Assembly (NCBI GenBank): GCA_035390125.1
Contig: DAOOTD010000002.1
Coordinates: 105,908 to 169,907, forward strand
Reading direction: 5' to 3'
DNA length: 64,000 bases
Source: Candidatus Moraniibacteriota bacterium
GTDB lineage: Bacteria; Patescibacteriota; Minisyncoccia; Moranbacterales; GWC2-37-73
The notes below the pieces were generated by a model, which saw only the letters and a program-made list of their open reading frames with translations, had not been told where the DNA came from and made no database searches. Each line of letters starts with the position of its first letter. Position 1 is the stretch's first letter. Positions 19,362-27,652 of this stretch are shown one piece after another. The translations under genes were made by a program, and so were the position numbers.

Positions 19362-20567
19362 ATTAGCAAAAAATCCATTTTTTCTTATATATACGAATCA
19401 ATCAGAAAAATTGACCTCAAGGGCTTAAACACTAAAATTCATCTTAAACAACGCTCAATAGCAAACTTCATAAAGGAGCACAGAACCATAAAACTGCTCC
19501 ACGTTTTGCGTAATTATTCAGCCTTTGCAGTGGTGGTATCAAGTTCACTTCTTGTTTCAGCAACAAATGTTGCCTCAGGCAATAATTATGGCAAACTTCT
19601 TTTTGGTTATTGGGATGCATCAGCTGAGACCATTCCAGCGGTGAATGGCAGTAAAATAAGCGGACAGGTAAATAAAAAAAATGATTTAGCTCTTGTTCCC
19701 CTTTCCAAATCAAACACATCCATTGAACCAGAAAAAAAAGAAGATGATTCAAACAGGAGCATTATAAAGGATGACGGAATAATGCTGGTTTCTGGCGGAG
19801 CCAATCCGATGAAAGATCCTGAAGAAGAGGGCGGGGTTAAAATGTATATTGTACAATCCGGTGACACTCTCGGTTCAATCGCTGAAAAAAATGGAGTTTC
19901 GGTTAATACTATTTTGTGGGCAAATGACATCAGTAATGCCGACTCCATAATGCCAGGAGATACTATGTTCATTCTGCCTGTTTCAGGAGTAAAATATGTC
20001 ATAAAATCGGGAGACAATCTTGATGCTATCGCTAATAAATTTAAAGCAGAAAAAGATAAAATAATAGCCTTTAATGATTTGCCAGCGAATGGAGAAATAA
20101 AAGTGGGAGAAGAAATAATTATTCCTGATGGCCAGGGAGAAGCTCCTAAGCCAGCTGTTCCAAGCAGCAGCCAATCCTTAATCAATAAGAGGCAATATGC
20201 GAATACTGCAGGAGGAGTTCCCCAGATTACGGGCAGAATTCTTTCAGGGAAAGCCGGCACTGGTCATAGATTTCCATATGGATATTGCACTTGGTTTGTC
20301 GCCCAGAAACGTTATGTTCCCTGGGGTGGCAACGCTGGAACATGGCTGTACCATGCAAAAGCTGCCGGGTATGCAACCGGAAAAACTCCACGACCAGGAG
20401 CTATCGTAGTGACTACCGAGAACAGATATTATGGTCATGTGGCTTATGTTGAAAAAGTCAGCGGAAACAGTTTTACTGTTTCTGAAATGAATTATGTCGG
20501 TTATGCAAAAACAAGTCGCAGAACAATCTCAACTTCAAGCAGAGTTATTAAAGGTTTCATTTATTAA
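19362..20567 (+). CDS. Two-LysM + CHAP peptidoglycan hydrolase (ATT start at 19362 proposed; ORF track starts at 19506)
   Basis: YIVQSGDTL and YVIKSGDNL LysM repeats; CHAP GYCTWFV, WGGNA, YGHVAYVE, SEMNY. The start position is inferred. Confidence 0.85.
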   Translation: MSKKSIFSYIYESIRKIDLKGLNTKIHLKQRSIANFIKEHRTIKLLHVLRNYSAFAVVVSSSLLVSATNVASGNNYGKLLFGYWDASAETIPAVNGSKISGQVNKKNDLALVPLSKSNTSIEPEKKEDDSNRSIIKDDGIMLVSGGANPMKDPEEEGGVKMYIVQSGDTLGSIAEKNGVSVNTILWANDISNADSIMPGDTMFILPVSGVKYVIKSGDNLDAIANKFKAEKDKIIAFNDLPANGEIKVGEEIIIPDGQGEAPKPAVPSSSQSLINKRQYANTAGGVPQITGRILSGKAGTGHRFPYGYCTWFVAQKRYVPWGGNAGTWLYHAKAAGYATGKTPRPGAIVVTTENRYYGHVAYVEKVSGNSFTVSEMNYVGYAKTSRRTISTSSRVIKGFIY

Positions 20568-20640
20568 AATTGGCTGGTTAAAACAGGTTGAAAAAGTTAA
20601 ATTTTATATATAAATATAAAATATTTTCGTGAAAATAAAT

Positions 20641-20671
20641 AAAGCCCCGTTTTTGTTAAAAGGGGCTTTTT
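20641..20671 (+). terminator. Intrinsic terminator
   Basis: AAAGCCCC...GGGGCTTT followed by a T tract. Confidence 0.75.
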
Positions 20672-20749
20672 ATTTTTTGATTAAAGTTATTGCCTGACAT
20701 TACGAAAGTATGCTATAATTTTCACATATAGAATTAGATTGGAATCCTA

Positions 20750-22711
20750 ATGAATCTGATCTCGAAAAACAAAAAATTTTTCTGCAAAATCAAATTATTT
20801 TTTGGAATTTCCAGGGTTAAACTGGCAAGTCTTTTGCGGGACAAAAAATTCCAAACTTTTGTGGTCGCCGGATGCATTTTTCTTTGCGTCTTTTTTTTGG
20901 CGGTTCATGGGGTCTTTGCCGCTGACGCTGTTCCTGAAAAACCCGAAGAACCGGGTTTATTAAGTAAATTTTTTGGGGGAATACTTGATGGGGCAAGTGC
21001 AGTTTTTGTCACTGCCATATCCTTTATCTTGAGTGCAATTCAAGGCGTTATGAGTTTTCTAATCGGCGTGGCAGCTTCTCTTTTTTCAGCAGTTATTAAT
21101 CCTGATTTAATTTCCGGAGATAAAGGTTTATTGAACAATAATCCAGTTGTTAAGGATATCTGGATTATGGTGCGGGATACTTTCAATATGTTTTTTATTC
21201 TAGTCCTTCTTTTTTCCGCCTTCTGCACTATTTTCCAGATCGAAAAATGGAACCTTAAAAAAGTCTGGCTCAACATTCTCATCAATGCCCTGCTGGTTAA
21301 TTTCAGTTTTCCAATTGCATGCTTTTTTATTGATGTTGCGAATGTAGCTATGTATTATTTTGTTAATTCTATGTTTGGTGACAATACTGGCGCAGTTACA
21401 GGAAACGCAATTTTTGCCCAGTTGGGGGATGAATCAAGACTTTCGGCATTGTGGGGCCATGATGCTGATGGAACTACGATGCTAATGTATCAGGTTATGA
21501 ATATCATAATGTCTTTTATTTTGGGAATAACACTCTTGGTTTGTGCAGTTCTTTTTGCTATAAGGCTTATAGCCCTGGTAATCCTGGTTATGTTTTCGCC
21601 GATAGGTTTTGTCGGTTACATTTTTCCCGCAACCAGTAAATTTGCAGACGACTGGTGGAAAAATCTTTTCAGCTATTCTTTTTTTGGTCCGATAATGATT
21701 TTTGTCATAGGAGTTGCTGTCAAAATAAACCAATCAATAGGTGAAAATATATTTAAACAGTCGGCCGCTGACAATGCTGCATCGGTTCCTGGCGCAAGCG
21801 AATGGATTGCCAGTGCTTCCATGTTTGCTATTCCCATAATCATTTTGTGGATGGGCATGGGAGTAGCAAAATCATTGGGAATCGCAGGGGCGGATACAGT
21901 GGTTGGGGCAGGACAGAAATTTGCAAAATTTGCCGGTACAGCTACAGCCATGGCAGCTGGCGGAAATTGGGCTGCAAAGAATTGGAAGATGTATAAAGAA
22001 AAGCGTGATGAACGCCAAAAAGAGATTGACAAGAAACGTTTTGGGGGAAGCTTCGCCAAAGGACTCAATAAATGGGAAGATACTGGAATTGGTTTTGCAG
22101 GTGAAAAAATATCAAAAGGTATTGGAAAAGCTACTGGTGGCAAATGGACACCTAAGTTTGGAGAAAATGCTAAGGCAAGAGTCAAAGGATATCAGAACAC
22201 GGAATTTGATGAATTAGCTAAAAAACAGGCTGAGAGAATTAAGAATTCTGAAGACACTGGACATACTGCACAACAAATGAATGATTTTATTAAAAATAAT
22301 AATCAAATAACAGACGAATCAAAAGATTCAGAGGTAAATGATTTCGTTGGCAGATACAAACAAATGAGAGAAGATCCAGGAGCAAAAGCTGCTTTTGAAT
22401 ATAACATTAGAAACAATGCGGACAATATAAGGCAGTCAATTGAACAAGGAAAAATAGAGGCACAAAAATTAGTTGATAATGGTACTTTTGAAGAGGGATC
22501 TAATGAACATAAGGCCGCAATGAATTCTTTCCAAAAATCTCACATGGAGTCAATTGTAAAAAATCACTGGGCTCATTTAGCTCAAGAAAATAAGAACGCC
22601 CAGAAAAGGAAGAAAGGCGAAAAAATTAAGGATGATGAGCATAAGGCACCTCCTCCACCTCCTCTACCTCCTCCACCAAAACCTGCAAAACAGAGAGCTG
22701 GTTTTGTTTAA
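20750..22711 (+). CDS. VirB6/TrbL-like polytopic membrane protein
   Basis: WIMVRD..N.FFILVLL, ALLVNFS, IRLIALVILVMFSPIGF, WWKNL; soluble C-terminal tail with polyproline. Confidence 0.7.
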   Translation: MNLISKNKKFFCKIKLFFGISRVKLASLLRDKKFQTFVVAGCIFLCVFFLAVHGVFAADAVPEKPEEPGLLSKFFGGILDGASAVFVTAISFILSAIQGVMSFLIGVAASLFSAVINPDLISGDKGLLNNNPVVKDIWIMVRDTFNMFFILVLLFSAFCTIFQIEKWNLKKVWLNILINALLVNFSFPIACFFIDVANVAMYYFVNSMFGDNTGAVTGNAIFAQLGDESRLSALWGHDADGTTMLMYQVMNIIMSFILGITLLVCAVLFAIRLIALVILVMFSPIGFVGYIFPATSKFADDWWKNLFSYSFFGPIMIFVIGVAVKINQSIGENIFKQSAADNAASVPGASEWIASASMFAIPIIILWMGMGVAKSLGIAGADTVVGAGQKFAKFAGTATAMAAGGNWAAKNWKMYKEKRDERQKEIDKKRFGGSFAKGLNKWEDTGIGFAGEKISKGIGKATGGKWTPKFGENAKARVKGYQNTEFDELAKKQAERIKNSEDTGHTAQQMNDFIKNNNQITDESKDSEVNDFVGRYKQMREDPGAKAAFEYNIRNNADNIRQSIEQGKIEAQKLVDNGTFEEGSNEHKAAMNSFQKSHMESIVKNHWAHLAQENKNAQKRKKGEKIKDDEHKAPPPPPLPPPPKPAKQRAGFV

Positions 22712-22753
22712 TATACAGATAAAAATGTCAAGAATATTTTTTAATAAATTGTT

Positions 22754-23152
22754 ATGGATATAGATGCTATAAAAGACAGACTGACGAATAAATTTTCTTT
22801 GCCGCACGTTTCTTTTGAACAGGACACGATAGAACAAAAGAAATTGCTTGCGCTGTATGTGCTTGCTTCTGATAGCCAGCTTGTGTTGTTGCCGACTTAT
22901 TTTGCTTTTTCTTATCCCGCTTTCATTGCCGGTCTTAATGAAAAACATATTGAATATATAGCCAAAAACGCTCCAGCTGATTACAAAAGAGAGCTTATGA
23001 AAGCAATCAGCCAGAGCTACGTGCTGAAAGAAGTTTTTGAAATTGCAAAATCCATGGATGAAGATTTGGGCAGAAGCAGCACAACTAATCAGGACAGAAT
23101 AAAAAATGTCATGCGGTATATCAGGGATAACAGAGTAATTTTTGAATTCTAA
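22754..23152 (+). CDS. Hypothetical protein
   Basis: 132-aa ORF co-oriented within the T4SS-like cluster. Confidence 0.65.
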   Translation: MDIDAIKDRLTNKFSLPHVSFEQDTIEQKKLLALYVLASDSQLVLLPTYFAFSYPAFIAGLNEKHIEYIAKNAPADYKRELMKAISQSYVLKEVFEIAKSMDEDLGRSSTTNQDRIKNVMRYIRDNRVIFEF

Positions 23153-23162
23153 AAAACAAAAA

Positions 23163-24500
23163 ATGACAGTCATATATACAAATCAAAACAACATCTCTCC
23201 CAAAAATAATGCCGGCCAGTATGATTTGAATGAGGAAAGGAAAATAGCGGATGAAATAACCGAAGAGATAAAAGAAGACCTTATTGAAAAATGGAGAACA
23301 ACATATGAAAATGCTGAAATTTTTCCGTATAAAATCAGTGCCATGCATTCGGATGTCCTTGATTTTCTCTTGGGATTTGATCTGATTTCCATTTATGACA
23401 ATATAGCCAGACAGGCAGGACTTGATATGAAAGGCAGAAGCATTCTTCCTCAAGTTGTGTGGAGCGTTGCGCAAAGCAAAAAATGGAGTGAGGCAGAACA
23501 GGAATTGCAGAAAAGAATATTGCTTCCCCCGAATACTAAAGCTTTGACTTTGCAGCTTCTTGAACAAAACATAATAAGCAAACTTATCATGCTTTCGGCT
23601 AAGCCTTCGGCCAAAAAAAGTCCTGCCCAGAGCGAAACAGAAAGAAGAATCCAGTTGCCGCTTTCAGAAGCATTGCAAAAATACAAGGAACTGGGAGAAC
23701 AAAACATTACTATCAATCAGCTGAAACTCAAATATTTTCCTACGCCTGTCAGGCCATCTATAAGAAACTGGATTACTGATTTCCATGACAACATGGGAAG
23801 CGGAAAGCATGGTACAGTCGATAGGGCGAATTATTTATTTCACAGCGAAAATGGGAAAAAACTCACGCCCGTAGAAAGGCAGAAACTTTCATTGATTCTT
23901 AAATCACTGGACGAAAAAACTCCTTTAATCATCGATACGGAACTGCAACGGATTATTTTCACAGAAGGCAAGGTTTTTCCAAATGAACAAACTGAAAATT
24001 TGCCAAGCCGGAGCGGACAAACAGCAGAAATAAATATGTATTCAAAAAATGAAGAGTCTAATAGCTTTGCTGCTATAGAAGATAATTATCTGCAAGTTCC
24101 GAAATATCAGCCGCCCCAAGAAAATAAAAAATATTCTCCCAACTTCAAGGACTTGACGGAGCCGAGCGTTTTGCCGGAACAAAAAATAGTAAATTCAAAT
24201 CAGGATGATTCAAGAGGTTCGGTTGTGGATGAAGGCAAGGTAAGTTTTTCTTCTCCGCAAAAGTTTTCAAATGAAAAAGAAAATGAAAAACCAATAAGGC
24301 CTGCTAGTACGATTAGCCAGCAAAAAACATTTATGACCCCAACGCCACAAGCAGATAGAGAAAAAACATTTGGAAATAAAGCATCTGAAATAAAACCGTG
24401 GGTCATCAAGCCGTCTGCTTATTTTAATGAAGAAAAAACGGATGAAGAACAAACTTTACAGGCAAAAATAAGAGGAAACATTGTTGATTTAAAAGGCTGA
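23163..24500 (+). CDS. Hypothetical protein with a disordered C-terminal half
   Basis: Long ORF; PVRPSIRNWITDF core, low-complexity tail ending GNIVDLKG. Confidence 0.7.
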   Translation: MTVIYTNQNNISPKNNAGQYDLNEERKIADEITEEIKEDLIEKWRTTYENAEIFPYKISAMHSDVLDFLLGFDLISIYDNIARQAGLDMKGRSILPQVVWSVAQSKKWSEAEQELQKRILLPPNTKALTLQLLEQNIISKLIMLSAKPSAKKSPAQSETERRIQLPLSEALQKYKELGEQNITINQLKLKYFPTPVRPSIRNWITDFHDNMGSGKHGTVDRANYLFHSENGKKLTPVERQKLSLILKSLDEKTPLIIDTELQRIIFTEGKVFPNEQTENLPSRSGQTAEINMYSKNEESNSFAAIEDNYLQVPKYQPPQENKKYSPNFKDLTEPSVLPEQKIVNSNQDDSRGSVVDEGKVSFSSPQKFSNEKENEKPIRPASTISQQKTFMTPTPQADREKTFGNKASEIKPWVIKPSAYFNEEKTDEEQTLQAKIRGNIVDLKG

Positions 24501-24505
24501 AAATT

Positions 24506-24778
24506 ATGGATATCATAAATACAGCATATGCAGGAGTTATTACAGACGCTCCTACAGTAAGAGAAATTGGAGCGAATGTTCTGTCTTTTTTATTGTCAAT
24601 AATGGGAATAATTGCTATAATATCATTAGTTGTCTCTGGAATAATGTATTTTTTTTCAGCCGGCGACTATAAAAGAATAGAGATTGCAAAAAAATCCACC
24701 AAATACTCAATACTGGGAATCGTCATTGCCTTAGGAGGAATGATAATAATCAGATTTATCGGCAGTTTTTTAAATTAA
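24506..24778 (+). CDS. VirB2-like pilin
   Basis: SGIMYFFSAGD...AKKSTKYSILG. Confidence 0.8.
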   Translation: MDIINTAYAGVITDAPTVREIGANVLSFLLSIMGIIAIISLVVSGIMYFFSAGDYKRIEIAKKSTKYSILGIVIALGGMIIIRFIGSFLN

Positions 24779-24851
24779 TCAGGATTCAAACGAATAAAGG
24801 AAAGTTTAAAATAAATAAAAAAATTTATAAACTAGAATGGGAGGTGTTACT

Positions 24852-25199
24852 ATGCTGAATAAAGTTAAAAAAATTTTTTATGCAATCGCCAGTTTAATCG
24901 CAATTGCTCCATCAGCAGTTTTGGCTATCAATGTGCCTGATGCAGATCTTCCGGATGCAACCCTTACAGATATAATCACTGGTTTTATGAACTGGCTTTT
25001 AGCTATCGTAGGTATTTTAGCAGTTATAGGATTCGTTATCGCTGGAATTATATATCTTACAGCTGCTGGAGATGAAGACCAGATCGCTCGTGGCAAGAAA
25101 ACCATGATTTACTCGTTGGTAGGTATTATCGTGGCTCTTATGGGAGTCATAATAATCAAAGCGGTGCAGTCAATGTTGGGCGGTGGCAGCAGTTTCTAA
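24852..25199 (+). CDS. VirB2-like pilin
   Basis: GGAGGT SD, signal peptide AVLA, AGIIYLTAAGDEDQIARGKKTMIYSLVG. Confidence 0.82.
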   Translation: MLNKVKKIFYAIASLIAIAPSAVLAINVPDADLPDATLTDIITGFMNWLLAIVGILAVIGFVIAGIIYLTAAGDEDQIARGKKTMIYSLVGIIVALMGVIIIKAVQSMLGGGSSF

Positions 25200-25220
25200 A
25201 TTTTTTGTATGCATATAAAA

Positions 25221-25254
25221 GCAGAAGGCGATTCCTCGGAATCGTCTTTTTTGC
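25221..25254 (+). terminator. Intrinsic terminator
   Basis: AGGCGATTCC TC GGAATCGTCT stem followed by a T tract. Confidence 0.7.
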
Positions 25255-25322
25255 AAAGTGTACATAATTTAAGGATTATGATATAATTAAATTATAATAA
25301 TAATTTTTTATACTTTAAAAAA

Positions 25323-25685
25323 ATGAATATCAAAAAGAAAACATTGGGTACTATTATTTCAACAATTCTACTTTTTCCAATGTCTGTTCTGGCCGCAGAT
25401 GGAGAAGGATGGCAAATAGGAGATGATTATGGTCTTCCTACGGGAACCATAAGCGGAATTCTCGAGGGTCTTTTGAATTGGCTTTTGGGAATTTTTGCAG
25501 TCTTAGGAGTTATAGGCTTTATAATTTCAGGAATTATGTATTTAGTGTCCGCAGGTGATGAAGACGGAATTGCACGAGCTAAAAAAGCTATGATTTACTC
25601 GCTGATAGGAATTATTGTCGGCCTTTCCGGTATTATCCTGATAGCAGCTGTGGATAGCTTTTTAATGGGTAGCGGTACATTCTAA
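25323..25685 (+). CDS. VirB2-like pilin
   Basis: SGIMYLVSAGDEDGIARAKKAMIYSLIG. Confidence 0.82.
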   Translation: MNIKKKTLGTIISTILLFPMSVLAADGEGWQIGDDYGLPTGTISGILEGLLNWLLGIFAVLGVIGFIISGIMYLVSAGDEDGIARAKKAMIYSLIGIIVGLSGIILIAAVDSFLMGSGTF

Positions 25686-25729
25686 AATTCTTAATGACCT
25701 ATTTTTATCACCAATAATCTGCTAAAAAA

Positions 25730-26227
25730 ATGATCAAAACAAGAAAAAATATCTTTCTATTTTTTGTTGCAATATCTTTTGTAAGCTTGTTTTTTGTGAG
25801 TGTTGATATAACAAAAGCTGGGGATGCTGAATATGCTAGTTGTCTACTGGGTTGTTCTCCTACGGATACTGAGTGTACTCGTGCATGCAGAGCTCTTAGA
25901 GGAGATGGTGAAGGAGATTGCGGTGCAGGCTTTACACCTGTCGGCGGGGTTTGTTTCCCTGATGAAACAGGGTTGCCAGACTCTCAGGATATTCCGGGAA
26001 TTCTTTCCAGCGTATTAAAATGGCTATTGGGAATATTTTCAACCATTGCGCTCATCTCATTTGTGATATCCGGCGTGTTATATATTACTTCATCCGGCGA
26101 CACCGACCAGATCGAAAAGGCAAAACGCAATGCTTTGTATTCTATTTTAGGCGTTATCGTGGGTCTTTCTGGGTATATCATAATTGTGGCGATTCAGGCT
26201 GCTCTGGGAGGAAACAGTACGTTTTGA
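25730..26227 (+). CDS. VirB2-like pilin with a Cys-rich N-terminal extension
   Basis: 6 Cys in the N-terminal region; SGVLYITSSGDTDQIEKAKRNALYSILG. Confidence 0.8.
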   Translation: MIKTRKNIFLFFVAISFVSLFFVSVDITKAGDAEYASCLLGCSPTDTECTRACRALRGDGEGDCGAGFTPVGGVCFPDETGLPDSQDIPGILSSVLKWLLGIFSTIALISFVISGVLYITSSGDTDQIEKAKRNALYSILGVIVGLSGYIIIVAIQAALGGNSTF

Positions 26228-26256
26228 TTGACATTTGCGAGGATTATTGCTAATAT
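26228..26256 (+). promoter_or_regulatory. Sigma70-type promoter of nusA
   Basis: TTGACA-N17-TAATAT with extended -10 TG. Confidence 0.7.
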
Positions 26257-26268
26257 TAAAACGGATGG

Positions 26269-26303
26269 AAAGAAGTGGGTTCGCATGGATGCGGACTCTT
26301 TTT
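26269..26303 (+). promoter_or_regulatory. rimP-leader-like attenuator hairpin upstream of nusA
   Basis: AAGAAGTGGGTTCGCA...TGCGGACTCTTTTT stem plus U tract, between promoter and ATG. Confidence 0.6.
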
Positions 26304-26339
26304 AATAAGAAATAATAATTTTAAAAATAATTTAATCTT

Positions 26340-27563
26340 ATGCCTAAGCGCAAAAAAATAACAGATGAAAACAAAAACCCAAGCGGCAGGCTGGGGGAAT
26401 TCGGAAGTGCTATAATGCAAATTGCTGAAGAAAAAGGCATACCGAAAAATGTTGTTATTGAAACCATAGAAGCGGCTTTAGCGGCTGCTTATAAAAAAGA
26501 TTACGGCAAGCGCGGACAAAGAATCAGGGCTGAATTCAATGAAGTTTCAGGAGAGGCTAAGTTTTTTTTAGTGAAGGATGTGGTTGATGAAACCTTGAGG
26601 GAATTTATCAAGCCGGGGGAAGAAAATGAGATAAATGAAGAGGAAGTCTCAGGAGAATTGGAAGATGGAGAAAGATTGATGCGCTACAATCCAGAGAGGG
26701 ATATTGTGCTTGAAGACGCAAAAAAAATAAAAAAGAACGCAAAAGTCGGAGATGTTATTGAAATAAAACTTGAAGATAAAAGCGAATATGGACGTGTTGC
26801 TGCCCAAACTGCCAAACAAGTCATCATACAAAGAATACGCGAAGCAGAAAGAGATTCGATGTTTTCTGAATATAAAGAAAAAGAAGGCGAAGTTATAAGC
26901 GGGACGGTACAGCGCATCGAAGGCAGAAATGTTTACATAGACCTCGGCAAGTCTGTGGGAGTTTTGTTTCCTTCAGAACAAGTTCATGGAGAAATATTCA
27001 GAATCGGGCAAAGAGTCAAGGTATATTTATATAAAGTAGAATCTGATCCTAAAGGACCCGGAATTACACTTAGCCGAACTCATGCAGATATGGTGAAAAA
27101 ACTTTTTGAGCTGGAAGTTCCTGAAATTTTTGCCGGTACAGTTGAAGTAAAATCAATCGCCCGTGAAGCTGGATCACGCACAAAAATAGCAGTTGCTTCA
27201 ACTGAAGAAGGAATAGATCCGATTGGTTCCTGTGTCGGTCAAAAGGGAATACGTGTGCAAGCTGTAATCGAAGAGCTGGGTGGAGAAAAAATAGATATTA
27301 TCGAATGGAGCGAAAAACCGGAAAAATTTATTGCAGCGTCAATCAGCCCGGCAAAAGTTATTTCTGTGGATATCGATGAGAATAAAAAAGAAGCCAAAGT
27401 TTTAGTTCCTGAAGACCAACTATCCTTGGCTATAGGAAAGCAGGGGCAAAACGTGCGCTTGGCTGCAAAATTAACCGGATGGAAAATAGATGTAATTGGG
27501 CAAGCCACTCAAAACAACGAAGAAGAACAGGAAAATATTGAAGAAGGACAGGTTGAAGAATAA
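26340..27563 (+). CDS. nusA: Transcription termination factor NusA
   Basis: GRVAAQTAKQVIIQRIREAER, S1 and KH domains, AIGKQGQNVRLA. Confidence 0.97.
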   Translation: MPKRKKITDENKNPSGRLGEFGSAIMQIAEEKGIPKNVVIETIEAALAAAYKKDYGKRGQRIRAEFNEVSGEAKFFLVKDVVDETLREFIKPGEENEINEEEVSGELEDGERLMRYNPERDIVLEDAKKIKKNAKVGDVIEIKLEDKSEYGRVAAQTAKQVIIQRIREAERDSMFSEYKEKEGEVISGTVQRIEGRNVYIDLGKSVGVLFPSEQVHGEIFRIGQRVKVYLYKVESDPKGPGITLSRTHADMVKKLFELEVPEIFAGTVEVKSIAREAGSRTKIAVASTEEGIDPIGSCVGQKGIRVQAVIEELGGEKIDIIEWSEKPEKFIAASISPAKVISVDIDENKKEAKVLVPEDQLSLAIGKQGQNVRLAAKLTGWKIDVIGQATQNNEEEQENIEEGQVEE

Positions 27564-27652
27564 ATTTTTTAGTTTATTAATTTTTTAAATAAATTCTATT
27601 TCTATTTTGTCTTGCATGTATCAAAAAAGACAATGGGAATAAGATAAAAATT

